From an uncultured Hormoscilla sp. (GTDB lineage: Bacteria; Cyanobacteriota; Cyanobacteriia; Cyanobacteriales; Desertifilaceae): a stretch of 64,000 nt of DNA. Position numbers and translations under genes: made by a program. Position 1 is the first letter of the stretch; each line of letters opens with the position of its first letter. This document shows positions 1-11,682 of the stretch, piece after piece. The stretch lies in the NCBI GenBank assembly GCA_963921275.4, contig OZ001293.3:5952001-6016000 (forward strand), in the 5' to 3' direction. A model generated the notes under the pieces. The model worked only from the letters and a program-made list of their open reading frames with translations. It ran no database searches and was not told the origin of the DNA.

Positions 1-1021
1 CTTTACCTAAAAGATTGACACCCAAATAGCAAACCCAGACGACCATAAAGCCAGTGGCTGCTAAAATTGCCGGACGCCGTCCTTGCCAACCCTGGGTAAT
101 GCGTGCGTGGAGATATGCTGCAAATACTAACCAGGTGATTAGCGCCCATGTTTCTTTCGGATCCCAACTCCAATAGGAACCCCAAGCTTCATTTGCCCAC
201 ACCGCACCCGCTATGATGCCAATTGTTAACAGGGGAAAGCCCAAACCAATGATCCGATAGCTAATGTTATCTAAGGTTTCCGCTAGACTCAGACGCTGGG
301 GTGAAAGAGGTGCCGCTATTTCCGTTTTGGGTAATGTTTTGGTCGTGACTACACCCAAAACTGCCGTATTCCCACCATTGTTTTCAGATGATAGAGTCAT
401 AGGTTGCAGCAGTTCTTGCGTAACTTCTGGGTGAATTACTAATTCTTCCCCTTGGCGCCAGCGGTGGTTGGGACTGCGGAAGCCCCCATTCCCAAAAGAA
501 CTGCCTCGGAGTTCTACTTTCTGGCCCCGCGTGACGATTAAAAAGACGATCGCGATCGTGGCACCGACCATCAAACAGGCGTAGCTGAGTAGCATGACGC
601 TGACATGCATCATCAACCAATTAGATTTGAGAGCGGGTACTAAAGGTGCAGAAGACTGCATTTCTGGCGGTAAAGATAGGGCGGCAAAAGCCGTAATTAC
701 CATGGCGACTGGTGCTGTTGCTGCCCCCACTAGGCGACTGCCACTCATATTTTCTGCTATTAAATGAACCGCCGTTACTCCCCAGGCGATGAAAAATAAT
801 GATTCGTAAAGATTGCTTAAAGGGAAGTATCTCGCTTCGATCCAGCGGGAAGCAAGTAAGGCCGCCATGCAGAGATTGGCGATCGCCATTCCCGCCGTCC
901 CCAAAGATCCGAGGAAGGGAACTTCCCGAAATGCTGTCCCGGCCCAATAAATCAGCATGGTTGCGAACAGGACAGCGAAGGCAATATTGTCTAGCCAATT
1001 CTGGAGTGTTACCAGATCCAT
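1..1021 (-). CDS. ccsA: Cytochrome c biogenesis protein CcsA/CcsB (3' end runs off the window; absent from the ORF track)
   Basis: Manual translation from ATG at 1021: [19 protein letters not shown]...[11 protein letters not shown]...[12 protein letters not shown]...[18 protein letters not shown] (WWD motif). Confidence 0.95.
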   Translation of the reverse strand, partial: MDLVTLQNWLDNIAFAVLFATMLIYWAGTAFREVPFLGSLGTAGMAIANLCMAALLASRWIEARYFPLSNLYESLFFIAWGVTAVHLIAENMSGSRLVGAATAPVAMVITAFAALSLPPEMQSSAPLVPALKSNWLMMHVSVMLLSYACLMVGATIAIVFLIVTRGQKVELRGSSFGNGGFRSPNHRWRQGEELVIHPEVTQELLQPMTLSSENNGGNTAVLGVVTTKTLPKTEIAAPLSPQRLSLAETLDNISYRIIGLGFPLLTIGIIAGAVWANEAWGSYWSWDPKETWALITWLVFAAYLHARITQGWQGRRPAILAATGFMVVWVCYLGVNLLGK

Positions 1022-1096
1022 AGATTGTTCTCCTGTTGTTTTCACTGCTATTGATTCTAACTGATTCCCTGGGCTTTGTCAATTCTGACATTCCCT

Positions 1097-3711
1097 CTAT
1101 TCGGGAGAAGCGGTAGGATCGGCACTGGGTAAGACTCCTGGTTCGTCCCTCTGTTTGAGACCGACAAAGATATCGTAGCGGGTTGTGCGATCGCTCTTTA
1201 CCGCAGTTGTGACGCCAATGGAACGAATAGCATTTAACACGGTTTTTTGAGCGGGACGATCAGAAAAGTTAAAATGTTAGGAGCAAACACCCGATCGACA
1301 TCGATAAAAAAATGTCCGTTGTGGGGTGCAAGTTCTAAGGGAACGGTTTGCCTAAAGAAGTCGCTAGTAGCTAAGCTGGGTAGTTTAGGAGATGCTGCTT
1401 CAGTTTGGGGTCGGGGGATAATTGCCTCAGCAACTGGCGCTCCCACAGTCAAGAAGGCGATATTATCATCCAACCAGCCGCGCGTGATATTTAGCAAACC
1501 AAAGGGGGGCGTCCAGACGATTACTTCGCGATCGGCCCCCGAAACATCAGTAATTTGGCTCTCTTCTACCTGGTATTTATATTTTTCCTTCATGATTTCA
1601 TCCAGTTCCTTGAGGGTTTCTACCGCCGCCCGGCGATCGGTTGCTCGCACCATCAAGGACAAGGCAAAGGGGACAGTCGTATCAGTGGAGGAAATCGCTG
1701 GAATCATCGCAATAGAGAACTCCGACTCCATCCAGTTGAGCAAATCTGCTTCTAAATCTAAACCAGTAGTCTGGGCGAGGGCCCGACGCACCCACTCAGC
1801 ATCAATAATCTCAATGGGATTGGCCTCTGCAGAACGAGTATATTCCTGCCATAACCGGGCTAAGTTGCCCCCCAAGATCATCAGCATAGTATCTGTAGGC
1901 AACAGTTCTGGCATCATTTGGGCATTATTTTCTACCACCCGCATCTGGTCACTTTCCGGATGCAGCCAGGAAATTCCCCGAAACAGGATGCCATCAGGCT
2001 GAAGCATCACCGTCGCCGCTAGTCCCTGATTTTGCTGCACTTCCCCTAGCTTCTCTGGAGGAATGGGTTTGGCGGCATTGGCCGACGCGATCGCGGCTGC
2101 TTGGGGCAGGTTAACATACATCCTCGCGAAGGGTTGGGAATTTAGAATTTGGCTTAAGGCTTCCCTGTAGCCCGGAGTTGACCCGAGAGAAGGATTGAGC
2201 TGCTGGTAGGTATCAATTACTCGGTTTATCGCTTGGGGATTGTTGGATGGGGTCGAGCCGGGAATCGCTTCCCGACCCTCCCTTGAGGAACCGGACTTGC
2301 GATTTTCACCGCATCCGGCTACTGGGTACTAGGCCCTTTTCATAGGTAGACTTAATAGGAATTACTTCCGTTAGCCCTTGCCGCCTGTCTTTTCTTCCTT
2401 TCCTGGTTTAGCGAGTGGTTGTTCTGATAACCGTTAGTATCACCATTTTCAAGTCAGTTTTACCAGTTATCCATACCTTATCCTCCACTTGCGTTTCGGA
2501 TTAGTTCCGTGGCTTTTTAGGATTACTCATTCCAGCAGCTTCCTAGTATCACCGACCCACGTCAGCGCTGGCTACCCAGCATCATCTACATTACTGTAGA
2601 TGTTATCCCAGGAATTACCCCGGGCATTCGCTTCTTGGGCCATCCCTCCCCCCGTGGCTTGCGCTTAACATCTAACTTGTCCTGATGGACAGCACACGAG
2701 AGGTTACTTCGTTCCCTAACAACATTTCGCGATACCTTTAGGTCCACACTATACCCCGGGAGCTATTTGAGTACTATATTAGCCAGAGTCTAAAACTAAT
2801 ACTAGCTACCATTTCCTTTTTAGGCCAGCGCATATAGCCTTATTTCGCTGGTTCCTTATAACGAGGCTTGCACATGTTTGCCTGCTCTAACCTTGGATAT
2901 CTTTCCTAGCGGCGTCACCGGCTTAGGCTGCCAGTTATCCTACATTTGAGTCCTCGCTTAGCACCACGATGATGTCGCTTCGTAGCACCGAGGACCGGTG
3001 TCACCCCCGTACCTGGGGGGAGGGGAATTTAACCCCTATGCGGTCAGAGTTCCCGGCTAATGAAACCGGGCTAGCGTTCCGTGTTTGACCACGTTAGGCT
3101 AGAACGAATCGCACAGTCACCACTAGGTAACGAGTCGATAGTACCGCAGTTGAATATAGCTCATCGGCAGTTTTTTGGGTTTCTTTGATCTTAATGCCCT
3201 TGTAGCTGCGCTCAACCCATGTCTCTTGGGACTCTTGCTGGTCTAGCAACTGCTTTGCTAGCAACTGCTTTGCTAGCAATGGGTTGGCAACTGGCATCAC
3301 CATGACTAGAGGCTTTTCGGACTGGGTTAAGGTACTACTGCTTGGAGATGGCCCAGCTGACGATAAAAAGGCAACTGTTACCTCGGAACCCACCCAAGGT
3401 TGGATGTCTTTGCTATAGTCGTAGCCATTGGCTATCAGCAAGCGATCGCGCAGTTCCACCAACCGTGCATCGAAGGCTGCTTGGGTTTCGGGGGTGCCAA
3501 ACTGGCGTAGTTTCTGCCACTGCTCCTGATTTGTGGTCATAGAGATACTCATCAGGGCATCTTGGGGAACTACCTCCACCCCCACCGGCATAGTATCTAG
3601 CACTTCTTTTTGCTTTTGAGCCAAGAACCAGTAAGCTGCTGTACCGTTAGCAATTAGTAAGGCGGCTGCGGGAGCAGCCAGTAGCAGAGGTGTTTTTTGA
3701 TTTTTAGTCAT
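1097..3711 (-). pseudogene. DUF3352-family protein, interrupted by a sense-strand group II intron and frameshifted near 1275
   Basis: Removing 2245-3114 joins YLVVT|NNPQAINRVIDTY in frame with ORF 1234-2121; the typical C-terminus NAIRSIGVTTAVKSDRTTRYDIFV continues in another frame to TAG at 1097. Confidence 0.8.
2245..3114 (-). mobile_element. ORF-less group II intron, variant A, copy 1
   Basis: Starts GTGCGATTCGTT; domain V TAGCCGGATGCGGTGAAAATCGCAAGTCCGGTTC; domain VI hairpin; near-identical to 34963-35833 and 39126-39996. Confidence 0.93.
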
Positions 3712-3966
3712 GGAGTCAAGCCTTTGTCAGTTGTCTGTTGTCAGTTATCAGCACCATCCCTTATAGTAGGTGATTATGTCAGAGAGCCAAAATACTTAGA
3801 AACTGCTCCGGACATGCTTGCGATCTGTCTGGGTGAGACAAACCTCTAGTTTCTGTCCGATCTTAATTTGGGATTCCGACCAATATATCAGAATAAATAA
3901 GTAGTCGGACATCAGTTAAAGCATTATGTATCTATTATGTAAAATTATATCAAACCTATAATTGGT

Positions 3967-4068
3967 GGGTGCATCCCATATTTGCCTCGCCGCCCGAACC
4001 CTAAAGGGCCCGGCTACACGAACAAAGCCCGCCTGCGCGGGCTACATTACATGCATTGAGATGCACCC
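3967..4068. mobile_element. MITE with GGGTGCATC terminal inverted repeats
   Basis: GGGTGCATCCCA...TGAGATGCACCC flanked by TAATTGGT/TAATTGAT; internal GCCCGCCTGCGCGGGC hairpin shared with 62505-62645. Confidence 0.7.
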
Positions 4069-4314
4069 TAATTGATGATACTTTTATGCTTTTTTTTGCT
4101 TTTGGTCGCACTACTCAATACTTGACGAAGGAACTACTTATCCCCCGAGATAGAATTGGGTGCAGTCGGGAGCGGTTGGCGATCGCAGTTAAGCGCGAAG
4201 TTGCTACCACATCGAACATCGCACCAGAAGAGAGCTTCAAATAAACACAGAGCAAGGGTTATAGCGTTATTGACGTTCAAATTCAAATCTAAAAATAATT
4301 ACGCCCTACTACTT

Positions 4315-5214
4315 ATGACACGGACCAACAAAACACCTCAAGAGCAACGGAGATTCCTACAGGAAGTTTTGAAGGCCACCTACAGCAGTAAGGGAGAGCC
4401 CAAAGTCCTGTACCCGCTGCTGCAAGAGAAACTGGAGCAGCTGGACGAGAGCTTGGCTCAGCTATTACCTGCTTGGGCCATGCAGAAATTTACTACAGTC
4501 GAACCAGCTACAGCCAAAATTCTCGCAGAAACATTGCTTGACTTTAGCGAACTAGTCGAGGAGTTTCCCTAAGGGAGCAAACTTAGCAATTTGGCAATTG
4601 CTATTGCTAGCTATCAAGCGGCTTTACAGTTTTTTACCGATAAGCATTACTCAAAGGAGTTTACCAAAACTCAGGCAGCCTTGGCAACGGCTAAACAGCG
4701 ACAAATTTTGGCTCTTGACAATAAAAAGTCCCTATCAACTCCAGACGGCTAGCGTTATACCCGCCAGAAGCGGCAGCATAGAGAAGTGTATCTCTCAGAA
4801 AAGGTTGAGGCGCGTTCCAATTCCTTGTGGTCTGCCGCTGGCTATGGGTTATTGCTGTTTGCGGTAATTGAATATGCTAATATCTTAATTCCCTGGTCCT
4901 GGACAGATCCTGTCTGGAAATTTCAGACTCCCCTAGTATCAGCTGTTTGGACTCCTTTATTGGGGCTGATATTGGTATTTTCCCGTCGGCAAGATTATGT
5001 GGCAAGAGCGGAAATGCATCTATTGCGGTTGTTGTCCTGGGTTTCTCTGCTGCTGGGGATGTTCTATCTGTGGATGCTAGTTTTAAAAGTTGGTCATACC
5101 TGGCAGATATATGCAGCTCGCGGGGTGCTTCCTTCTAGGACAATTTCTCAAACAACGGGACAACAGCGGCAACGCAAATATGAGATGCACCCGAATCACC
5201 TGCTATGGTGCTGA
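4315..5214 (+). pseudogene. Helical/TPR-like N-terminal domain fused to an HpsJ-like membrane domain
   Basis: One frame broken by TAA (4570) and TAG (about 4750); GYGLLLFAVIEYANILIP...PVWKFQT; N-terminus paralogous to the 5380 gene. Confidence 0.65.
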
Positions 5215-5379
5215 CAACCCCCTGACAGGCTTGACAGACTGACCGCCTCCCGACATGCTCCCGCCCCTGTCCTACAGGCTGCGCTACTGGCATGGGATCG
5301 CGCCAGAAATGTTAGACATCCCAGAGAGTCGGGGCATTTGGTTGTGATTTACGGCTCCGAAAAATGGTATGATTTGATT

Positions 5380-7248
5380 ATGATGAAAGCAACAGAGCAG
5401 TTCACCTTCCTATTGGAAGTATTGAAAACCACCTACACTAGCAAGGGCGATCGACAGGTCGTCTACCCCCTGCTGCAAGAGAAACTGGTGCATCTGGACG
5501 AGGGCTTGGCCTCACTATTGCTTCTTTGGGCAAGGGAGAGGTTGACGACAGCTAAGCCAGCTACCGCGAAAACCCTAGCAGAAACAGTTCTTAACTTTAG
5601 CGAACTGATGGCGCAGTTCCCCCAAGGCAGCAAGGAACGTAATCTGTCCATTGCGATCGCTGGCTATCAAGCTGCTTTACGGGTTTTTACGGAGGAGCTT
5701 TGTCCCCAAGAGTTTGCCAAAGCTGAGGCAGCTTTAATAGCAGCCAAAGATGAACGCCAACAAATTCTGGAATTTGAGGCGATATCGGCAGATGTTGTGC
5801 AACTGAGACAACAGCTAGCAGCAACTGAGGCGACTCTCAAAAGGATGGCAGAGGAAGTGACGGCATCAAAGGTAGCCAACCACCAGTGGGACCTGACCCC
5901 TCTGATCGAAACTATTCGGGAGATTCAGCCCCGAGAAAATGTGACACACTCTGGGATTATCCTCCCAGAGGAATAATTTAATACAGCCATATTATACGAT
6001 ATTGAAAACCTTACCAAGGGGTACAACTTCACCCCAAATTTCATCTCTAAATTGTCTCTGCAAAGGATTGTAGAACAAATCCGCTCCCAACATCAATTCG
6101 GGAAACTAGCGATCCAACGGGCCTATGCTAATTGGAGTGTTCCCCAGTTGAAGCAGATTAAGAATGAAATCCTCTCTCTAGGAATAGAACCGATTCAAGT
6201 ATTCGGTTTTGGGTTAAATTCGCAAAAGAATGCCGCCGATATTCAGCTGACGATTGATGCCATAGAGTTCATCCATAACAAACCCTCGATTCAATTATTT
6301 ATTATTGTTTCTGGGGATGGTGCTTTTGCCTCGGTTGCCAATAAACTGCATGAATATGGAAAAACAGTAATTGGCTGCGCCTATGAGAAATCTACTAATT
6401 CTTTCTTAGAAGCAGTTTGTGATGCTTTTGTGCCTATTACCGATCCAGAAACTATAGTAGTTAAAGTTATACAGCCCCAGAATGAAGATGAAATATTAGT
6501 TGAGGCCAGAGCAATTTTGCAGTGGCTCAATCAGCATCCAGAGTACGGACGCCAGCTGTTAACTGAAGGCATGTATCTCAGCGAAGTCTGGAAGGTTTTT
6601 ACTGAAAGAATACCCAACTTTAACTACAAACTGTTTGGCTTTGAAAAATGGAAACCTTGTTTGAATTTTATTTGTGCAGGAACAGAATTTAGCGTTATTG
6701 ACAAAACTCCTACTGAGCCCAGACTGGTTGTCAAAGATGTGAAAGATGCGGTGGTCTCCGAGGTCCCCGATCGCGACACGGTGTCCTCGGCCATAGTCGA
6801 AGTGGAAGTCGAGGCAAATAAGATGCCAACTTCAGTATCGGGCAATATTCATTCTTTGAGCAAGTACCGCAAAATTCTCTCAGCTGGCTATCCCATTTTC
6901 CGACTGCCACCGCCATCGGATTTAAGTCAGGTATTGGCATGTCTTGTCCAAAATCCTTTAACTGGAGAAAAATTAGAAGAGGGAATTGCTAAATTAACTA
7001 GGCTGATGGCACCGTCAGTCAGCCAACAATCGGTGAAAAAATCTCTGTTGGTACTGCTTTCTGCTGAGTGTTTTGTTACGGAACCGAAGGGGGGCAATTT
7101 ACCCGATCTTAGTTTAACTCTAAAGCCAGAGCTTAACTCGCCAGGGGCAGTCTTGCAAGCTGTGGCAGATCCTATGCGTACAAAACTGCTCAAGCATATG
7201 ACTCACATAGATGAAAATATCTGGCGGGAACTTATGCCTTTGTCTTAA
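5380..7248 (+). pseudogene. Helical N-terminal domain + NYN (LabA/DUF88-like) + OST-HTH/LOTUS protein split by one nonsense codon
   Basis: Reading through TAA at 5974-5976 gives EE*FNTAILYDIENL in frame with ORF 6052-7248 (KNAADIQLTIDA, IIVSGDGAF). Confidence 0.85.
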
Positions 7249-7249
7249 C

Positions 7250-7330
7250 TTACGAACGGGGAAAGACTAAAGTCTTTACTACGAACGGGGAAAGACTTCG
7301 GGAAAAGACTAAAGTTTTTACTACGAACGG
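7250..7330. repeat. REP-like short palindromic repeat cluster (AAGACTAAAGTCTTTACTACGAAC)
   Basis: Same unit at 17845-17955; related unit at 19731-19826 and 25141-25237. Confidence 0.75.
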
Positions 7331-7366
7331 CTTTACCCAGCCACGCGGCCGGGTGTCCTCACAATT

Positions 7367-8569
7367 CTATCCCTTCATTTTCTCGGACCACACCCGAGTT
7401 GGCAATCCCCAAACGTAGATAAATCCTTCCGCTGCTTTGTGATCGAACCGATCTTCTTCTCCATAGGTCGCGAGATCGGAACTGTAAAGGGAATTCTCTG
7501 ACTGGCGTCCCACAATGGTTGCTGTTCCCTTAAACAATTTCACCCGCACGGTCCCCGTGACTTGTTCCTGGGTTTGTTGAATAAAGGCATCTAATGCTGC
7601 TTTCAAGGGACTGTACCAAAGTCCGTTATACACCAGTTTGCTGTAGGTTTCTTCCATGCCCCGCTTGTATTGCGTCACGTCTGCGGTTAAGGTTAAACTT
7701 TCTAAATCCCGGTGGGCTTGGATTAATACTAATAACCCGGGAACTTCGTAAATTTCCCGCGATTTGATCCCGACTAACCGGTTCTCGATCATGTCGATGC
7801 GCCCGAAACCGTGATTCCCGACAATTTCGTTGAGTTTGCTCACTAAGGCTACGGGGGCCAGGGTTTCACTGTTAATTGTGGTGGGAATGCCCTTGACGAA
7901 CCCAATTTCTACATATTCTGGACTGTCGGGGGTGTCGGCGATCGCCTTAGTCATCAGATAAATTTCCTCTGGCGGTTCCGTCATGGGATCTTCCAATGGA
8001 CCTGCTTCAATACTGCGCCCTAACAAGTTGCGATCGATACTGTAGGGAGATTTCTTGGTGACAGGTGCGGGAATGCCGAAGCGTTCGCCATATTCGATGG
8101 TTTGCTCGCGGGAAAATCCCCATTCCCGGGCGGGGGCCAGGATTTTCAACTGGGGGTTGAGGGCGGTAGTGGAGACATCGAAGCGCACCTGATCGTTACC
8201 TTTGCCAGTGCAACCGTGGGCGATCGCATCTGCGCCATATTTTGCCGCTGCTTCTACCAACAGCTTAGCTATCAGGGGACGGGCGAGGGAGGTGGAGAGG
8301 GGATAGCGATTTTCATAGAGGGCATTGGCCTGAATTGCGGGAAAGGCGTAATCTGTGACAAAATCCTCTTTGGCATCAACAACCAGAGATTCGCTAGCAC
8401 CTGCTTTGAGGGCTTTTTGCTGAATTGGTCCTAATTCATCACCCTGTCCCAAATCTGCGGCCAGGGTAATTACTTCTTTGACGCCCCACTCCTGCTTGAG
8501 ATAGGGGATACAGACGGAGGTATCGACTCCGCCAGAATAGGCGAGTATCACCTTAGTAGCGCGACCCAT
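7367..8569 (-). CDS. argG: Argininosuccinate synthase
   Basis: [38 protein letters not shown]. Confidence 0.98.
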   Translation of the reverse strand: MGRATKVILAYSGGVDTSVCIPYLKQEWGVKEVITLAADLGQGDELGPIQQKALKAGASESLVVDAKEDFVTDYAFPAIQANALYENRYPLSTSLARPLIAKLLVEAAAKYGADAIAHGCTGKGNDQVRFDVSTTALNPQLKILAPAREWGFSREQTIEYGERFGIPAPVTKKSPYSIDRNLLGRSIEAGPLEDPMTEPPEEIYLMTKAIADTPDSPEYVEIGFVKGIPTTINSETLAPVALVSKLNEIVGNHGFGRIDMIENRLVGIKSREIYEVPGLLVLIQAHRDLESLTLTADVTQYKRGMEETYSKLVYNGLWYSPLKAALDAFIQQTQEQVTGTVRVKLFKGTATIVGRQSENSLYSSDLATYGEEDRFDHKAAEGFIYVWGLPTRVWSEKMKG

Positions 8570-8836
8570 AGGTAATCATTCTCAAAAACGACTAATCCGC
8601 TATTGTATATGGTCGCGAGCCAATAACTATATCCCTAGAAACCTTTTTTCCCAGTAGTCCCGAGGCCCGAAAGGCTTACAGGGAAAGGCTTACATGATTG
8701 CTCGGGGGGCGATCTGCTCCTGGATCGCCTGGTCAGTGTAAAATATTTGTATACTGCGTTAGTGACGGAACTGCGCTTTTTGGGGCAGTAAATAATATCA
8801 TTGCGAGGGGGGGATAATTGAGATATCCTTGTGCAA

Positions 8837-9031
8837 GTGCGATTCGTTGAGGAGTAAACCGGTGACGGTGAAAGTCTAGTCTGGTTTCATTTGCCAGACA
8901 ACTCTGGTTATCATGGGGGTTAAATTCCCTCTCCCCAGGTGTGGGGGGTCGAGGGTACTACCGGTCCTTAGTGCCACAGAGTCACATCGCTGTGGTGCGG
9001 AGCTAGGACTTAAATGTAGGATAGCTGGCAG
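8837..9031 (+). mobile_element. 5' fragment of a group II intron related to variants A-D
   Basis: GTGCGATTCGTT start; CATGGGGGTTAAATTCCCTCTCCCCAGG and AGGACTTAAATGTAGGATAGCTGG shared with the 40844-41710 element; breaks off at a GCGCGAAAAATCGC repeat. Confidence 0.8.
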
Positions 9032-9449
9032 CGCGAAAAATCGCAATGACACCAACAAGACGTTATCCTACTCAGGGCGTGGAGATTGCTAGCTGCTGCG
9101 CAGCCGCTGCGCGAACGGGGGGTCTTGCTGTTGTGCGCACCGGGTGCGGTCAAAAGTAGTTGCATTGGTAGGGTGGGCACCTTCGATATATCCGGAGAGC
9201 TGTCCCCGGGGAGCGCTACATGCGCTGCGCGCACCGGGCTACGCGCGATCGCTGCGCGAAAAATCGCACTACCCCGGGGACAGCTCGCGCTAATCGCACT
9301 ACTCCGGATATATCGACCCACCATTCGCGGGTTTGGGCAACAACAACCAACTGACGCATGACCACACCCCCAGGGGTTGACAAGGTGGCTCGGCTGTGAG
9401 TAGAATAGATTGGGTTAGGGCAGAGCAACTGCGTTCGACACAATGACTT

Positions 9450-9591
9450 GTCGGCGTTGGGTAGTGAAGGGTCGGCGTTGGGTAGTGAAGGGTCGGCGTT
9501 GGGTAGTGAAGGGTCGGCGTTGGGTAGTGAAGGGTCGGCGTTGGGTAGTGAAGGGTCGGCGTTGGGTAGTGAAGGGTCGGCGTTGGGTAGT
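9450..9591. repeat. 21-bp tandem repeat (GTCGGCGTTGGGTAGTGAAGG), about 6.7 copies
   Basis: Directly visible; no spacers. Confidence 0.95.
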
Positions 9592-10017
9592 CAAAAATCG
9601 GCGTTAGCTCTCCACCCCTGCGCGTTGAGGAGCGACCCGTGCCCGTTGTCGCTCCACCCGTGCCCGTTGTCGTTCCACCTGGGTTGGGTTAAGCTTGCAC
9701 CTGGGCGGCGCGTTAAGCTTGCACCTAAGTGCGTTGAGTAGTGACCTATAAACAGACCATAGTGAACCGTGCGCGTTAAGCACAACGAGACCGCGTTAAG
9801 CACAACGAGCACTCGTTCCCCTAAACGTAACCAATATCCCAGGGAACGACATGTGAAGTGCAATGCCCGATCGCGCGGCGCCAGCCGTGTACCAACGGGT
9901 TTTGACCACACCCGTGCGAACCAGAGTTGCTACTTTGAGAACCCCCCACGCTGCGCGAAAAATCGCAATGACACCAACAAGACGTTAAAGTGTAATTTTG
10001 CCAATTGTTTGATTGTT

Positions 10018-10956
10018 GTGTTTTTTAGCGTTGTCATTCCTACGTATAATCGCTTGCCGATTCTGTCCAAGGGCCTGAAAGCCTTAGAACGGCAGCAATT
10101 TACTAATGCTGCTGTTACTGGTTATGAAGTTGTGGTGGTCGATGATGGTTCGACAGATGAGACTTTGGCCTGGTTAGAGTCCCGTGGGGCTGAGTTCCCC
10201 CACGTGCGATCGCTCTGTCAGCGGCACCAAGGACCAGCAGCAGCCCGCAATCTGGGTGTAGAATCGGCCAAAGGCGATACGATCGTCTTTATTGATAGCG
10301 ATCTAGTGGTTACGGAAAATTTCCTGCAAGCTCATGCAGATGCACTGCTGCGGGGACGAGAGAAATTAGGGAGCGATCGCCTGTTCGCCTACGGTCGGGT
10401 GGTGAACACCTGCAACTTCGAGGATCCCACATCGGAACCATACAAGATTACTGATTTTTCTGCTGCCTATTTTGCTACGGGAAATGTAGCTATTGCGCGG
10501 AAATGGCTCGATGAGGCCGGGCTATTCGACCCCAGGTTTCAACTTTATGGCTGGGAAGACTTAGAACTGGGGGTGAGACTGAAACAAATGGGATTAAAAC
10601 TGATCAAATGTCCCGCTGCGGTAGGCTATCACTGGCATCCTCCCTTCGCCCTAGACCAAATTCCGGGGATGATCGATCGGGAAATTCAACGGGGAAGGAT
10701 GGGGGTTTTGTTCTATCAAAAACATCCTACCTGGGAAGTCAGGATGATGATTCAAATGACCTGGTTGCATCTGTTCCTCTGGGGTATGCTATCCTTGGGT
10801 GGGAGGCTGAACGAACGGACGATATGGCCCTGGTTGCAATGGGCGATCGATCGGGGAAAATCGCAATTAGCCTTGGAAGTGGCGAGAATATTTCTGAATT
10901 GGTATAATGTCAAGGCAGTCTATGCAGCCTATAATGAAATGAAGTCGTCAATGTAA
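10018..10956 (+). CDS. Glycosyltransferase family 2
   Basis: FSVVIPTYNR, VVVDDGSTD, FIDSD, YGWEDLELG; likely GTG start at 10018 rather than 9769. Confidence 0.92.
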   Translation: MFFSVVIPTYNRLPILSKGLKALERQQFTNAAVTGYEVVVVDDGSTDETLAWLESRGAEFPHVRSLCQRHQGPAAARNLGVESAKGDTIVFIDSDLVVTENFLQAHADALLRGREKLGSDRLFAYGRVVNTCNFEDPTSEPYKITDFSAAYFATGNVAIARKWLDEAGLFDPRFQLYGWEDLELGVRLKQMGLKLIKCPAAVGYHWHPPFALDQIPGMIDREIQRGRMGVLFYQKHPTWEVRMMIQMTWLHLFLWGMLSLGGRLNERTIWPWLQWAIDRGKSQLALEVARIFLNWYNVKAVYAAYNEMKSSM

Positions 10957-10971
10957 AAGATTCGGGAGATT

Positions 10972-11538
10972 ATGATGTCAGTAGCATTACTCAAGCGGTT
11001 GTTGTTTACGGTAGAAGATTACCACAAAATGATTGCCAGTGGAGTCTTGACAGAGTCCGATAGAGTAGAACTTATCCGAGGAGAAATTGTCGAAATGTCA
11101 CCTATTGGTCCAGTTCATGCTGAGTATGTAGATCGTCTTAACGAATTGTTTATGTCGCGTCTAATAGGAAGGATAAGGATTAGAGTCCAAAATCCTGTAG
11201 AATTAGACGACACATCCGAACCACAACCAGATATAGCATTGCTGCGACGACGCCCAAATTTTTACATAGCAGGACATCCTCAGCCAGAGGATGTATTTTT
11301 GTTAGTAGAAGTAGCAGACTCGACTGTTAGAAAAGACCGGGAGGTGAAAGTTCCACTCTATGCTGAAGATAACATTTCTGAAGTCTGGCTGGTGGATATC
11401 AACGAACAATGTCTGGAAGTTTATCGCGAACCTTCTGTTAACGGATACCAAAATGTGCAGAAGCTAGAGTCTGGGGACACTGTGACTATTCAAGCTTTTC
11501 CGGATGTGGTGTTTGCTGTTGATGAAATATTGGGTTAA
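10972..11538 (+). CDS. Uma2 family endonuclease
   Basis: FTVEDYHKM, VELIRGEIVEMSPIG, SEPQPD, LLVEVADS. Confidence 0.93.
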   Translation: MMSVALLKRLLFTVEDYHKMIASGVLTESDRVELIRGEIVEMSPIGPVHAEYVDRLNELFMSRLIGRIRIRVQNPVELDDTSEPQPDIALLRRRPNFYIAGHPQPEDVFLLVEVADSTVRKDREVKVPLYAEDNISEVWLVDINEQCLEVYREPSVNGYQNVQKLESGDTVTIQAFPDVVFAVDEILG

Positions 11539-11682
11539 TATAATTCTTTCACTTCGCTGTTAACCCGCCGGGGGTTAAAACAGACTAATAGATTTTGGAA
11601 AAAGGTTGCGATAAATAAAAGTAACTGTAGGTTGGTCTGTTAAGTTGGTCTTTTAAATGAAAATGCTATTCGGGAGGTAAGT

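Noticed and set aside
384..1091. ORF-track calls 384-620, 621-1091 and 799-1023
   Set aside because: Shadow frames of ccsA, which the track missed because it runs off the window.
9448..9741. SALGSEG repeat protein
   Set aside because: Open frame explained by the 21-bp minisatellite; TTG start and no other coding support.
9769..10017. Long N-terminal extension of the glycosyltransferase
   Set aside because: Made of repeat and MITE-end sequence; GT2 similarity starts at 10018.
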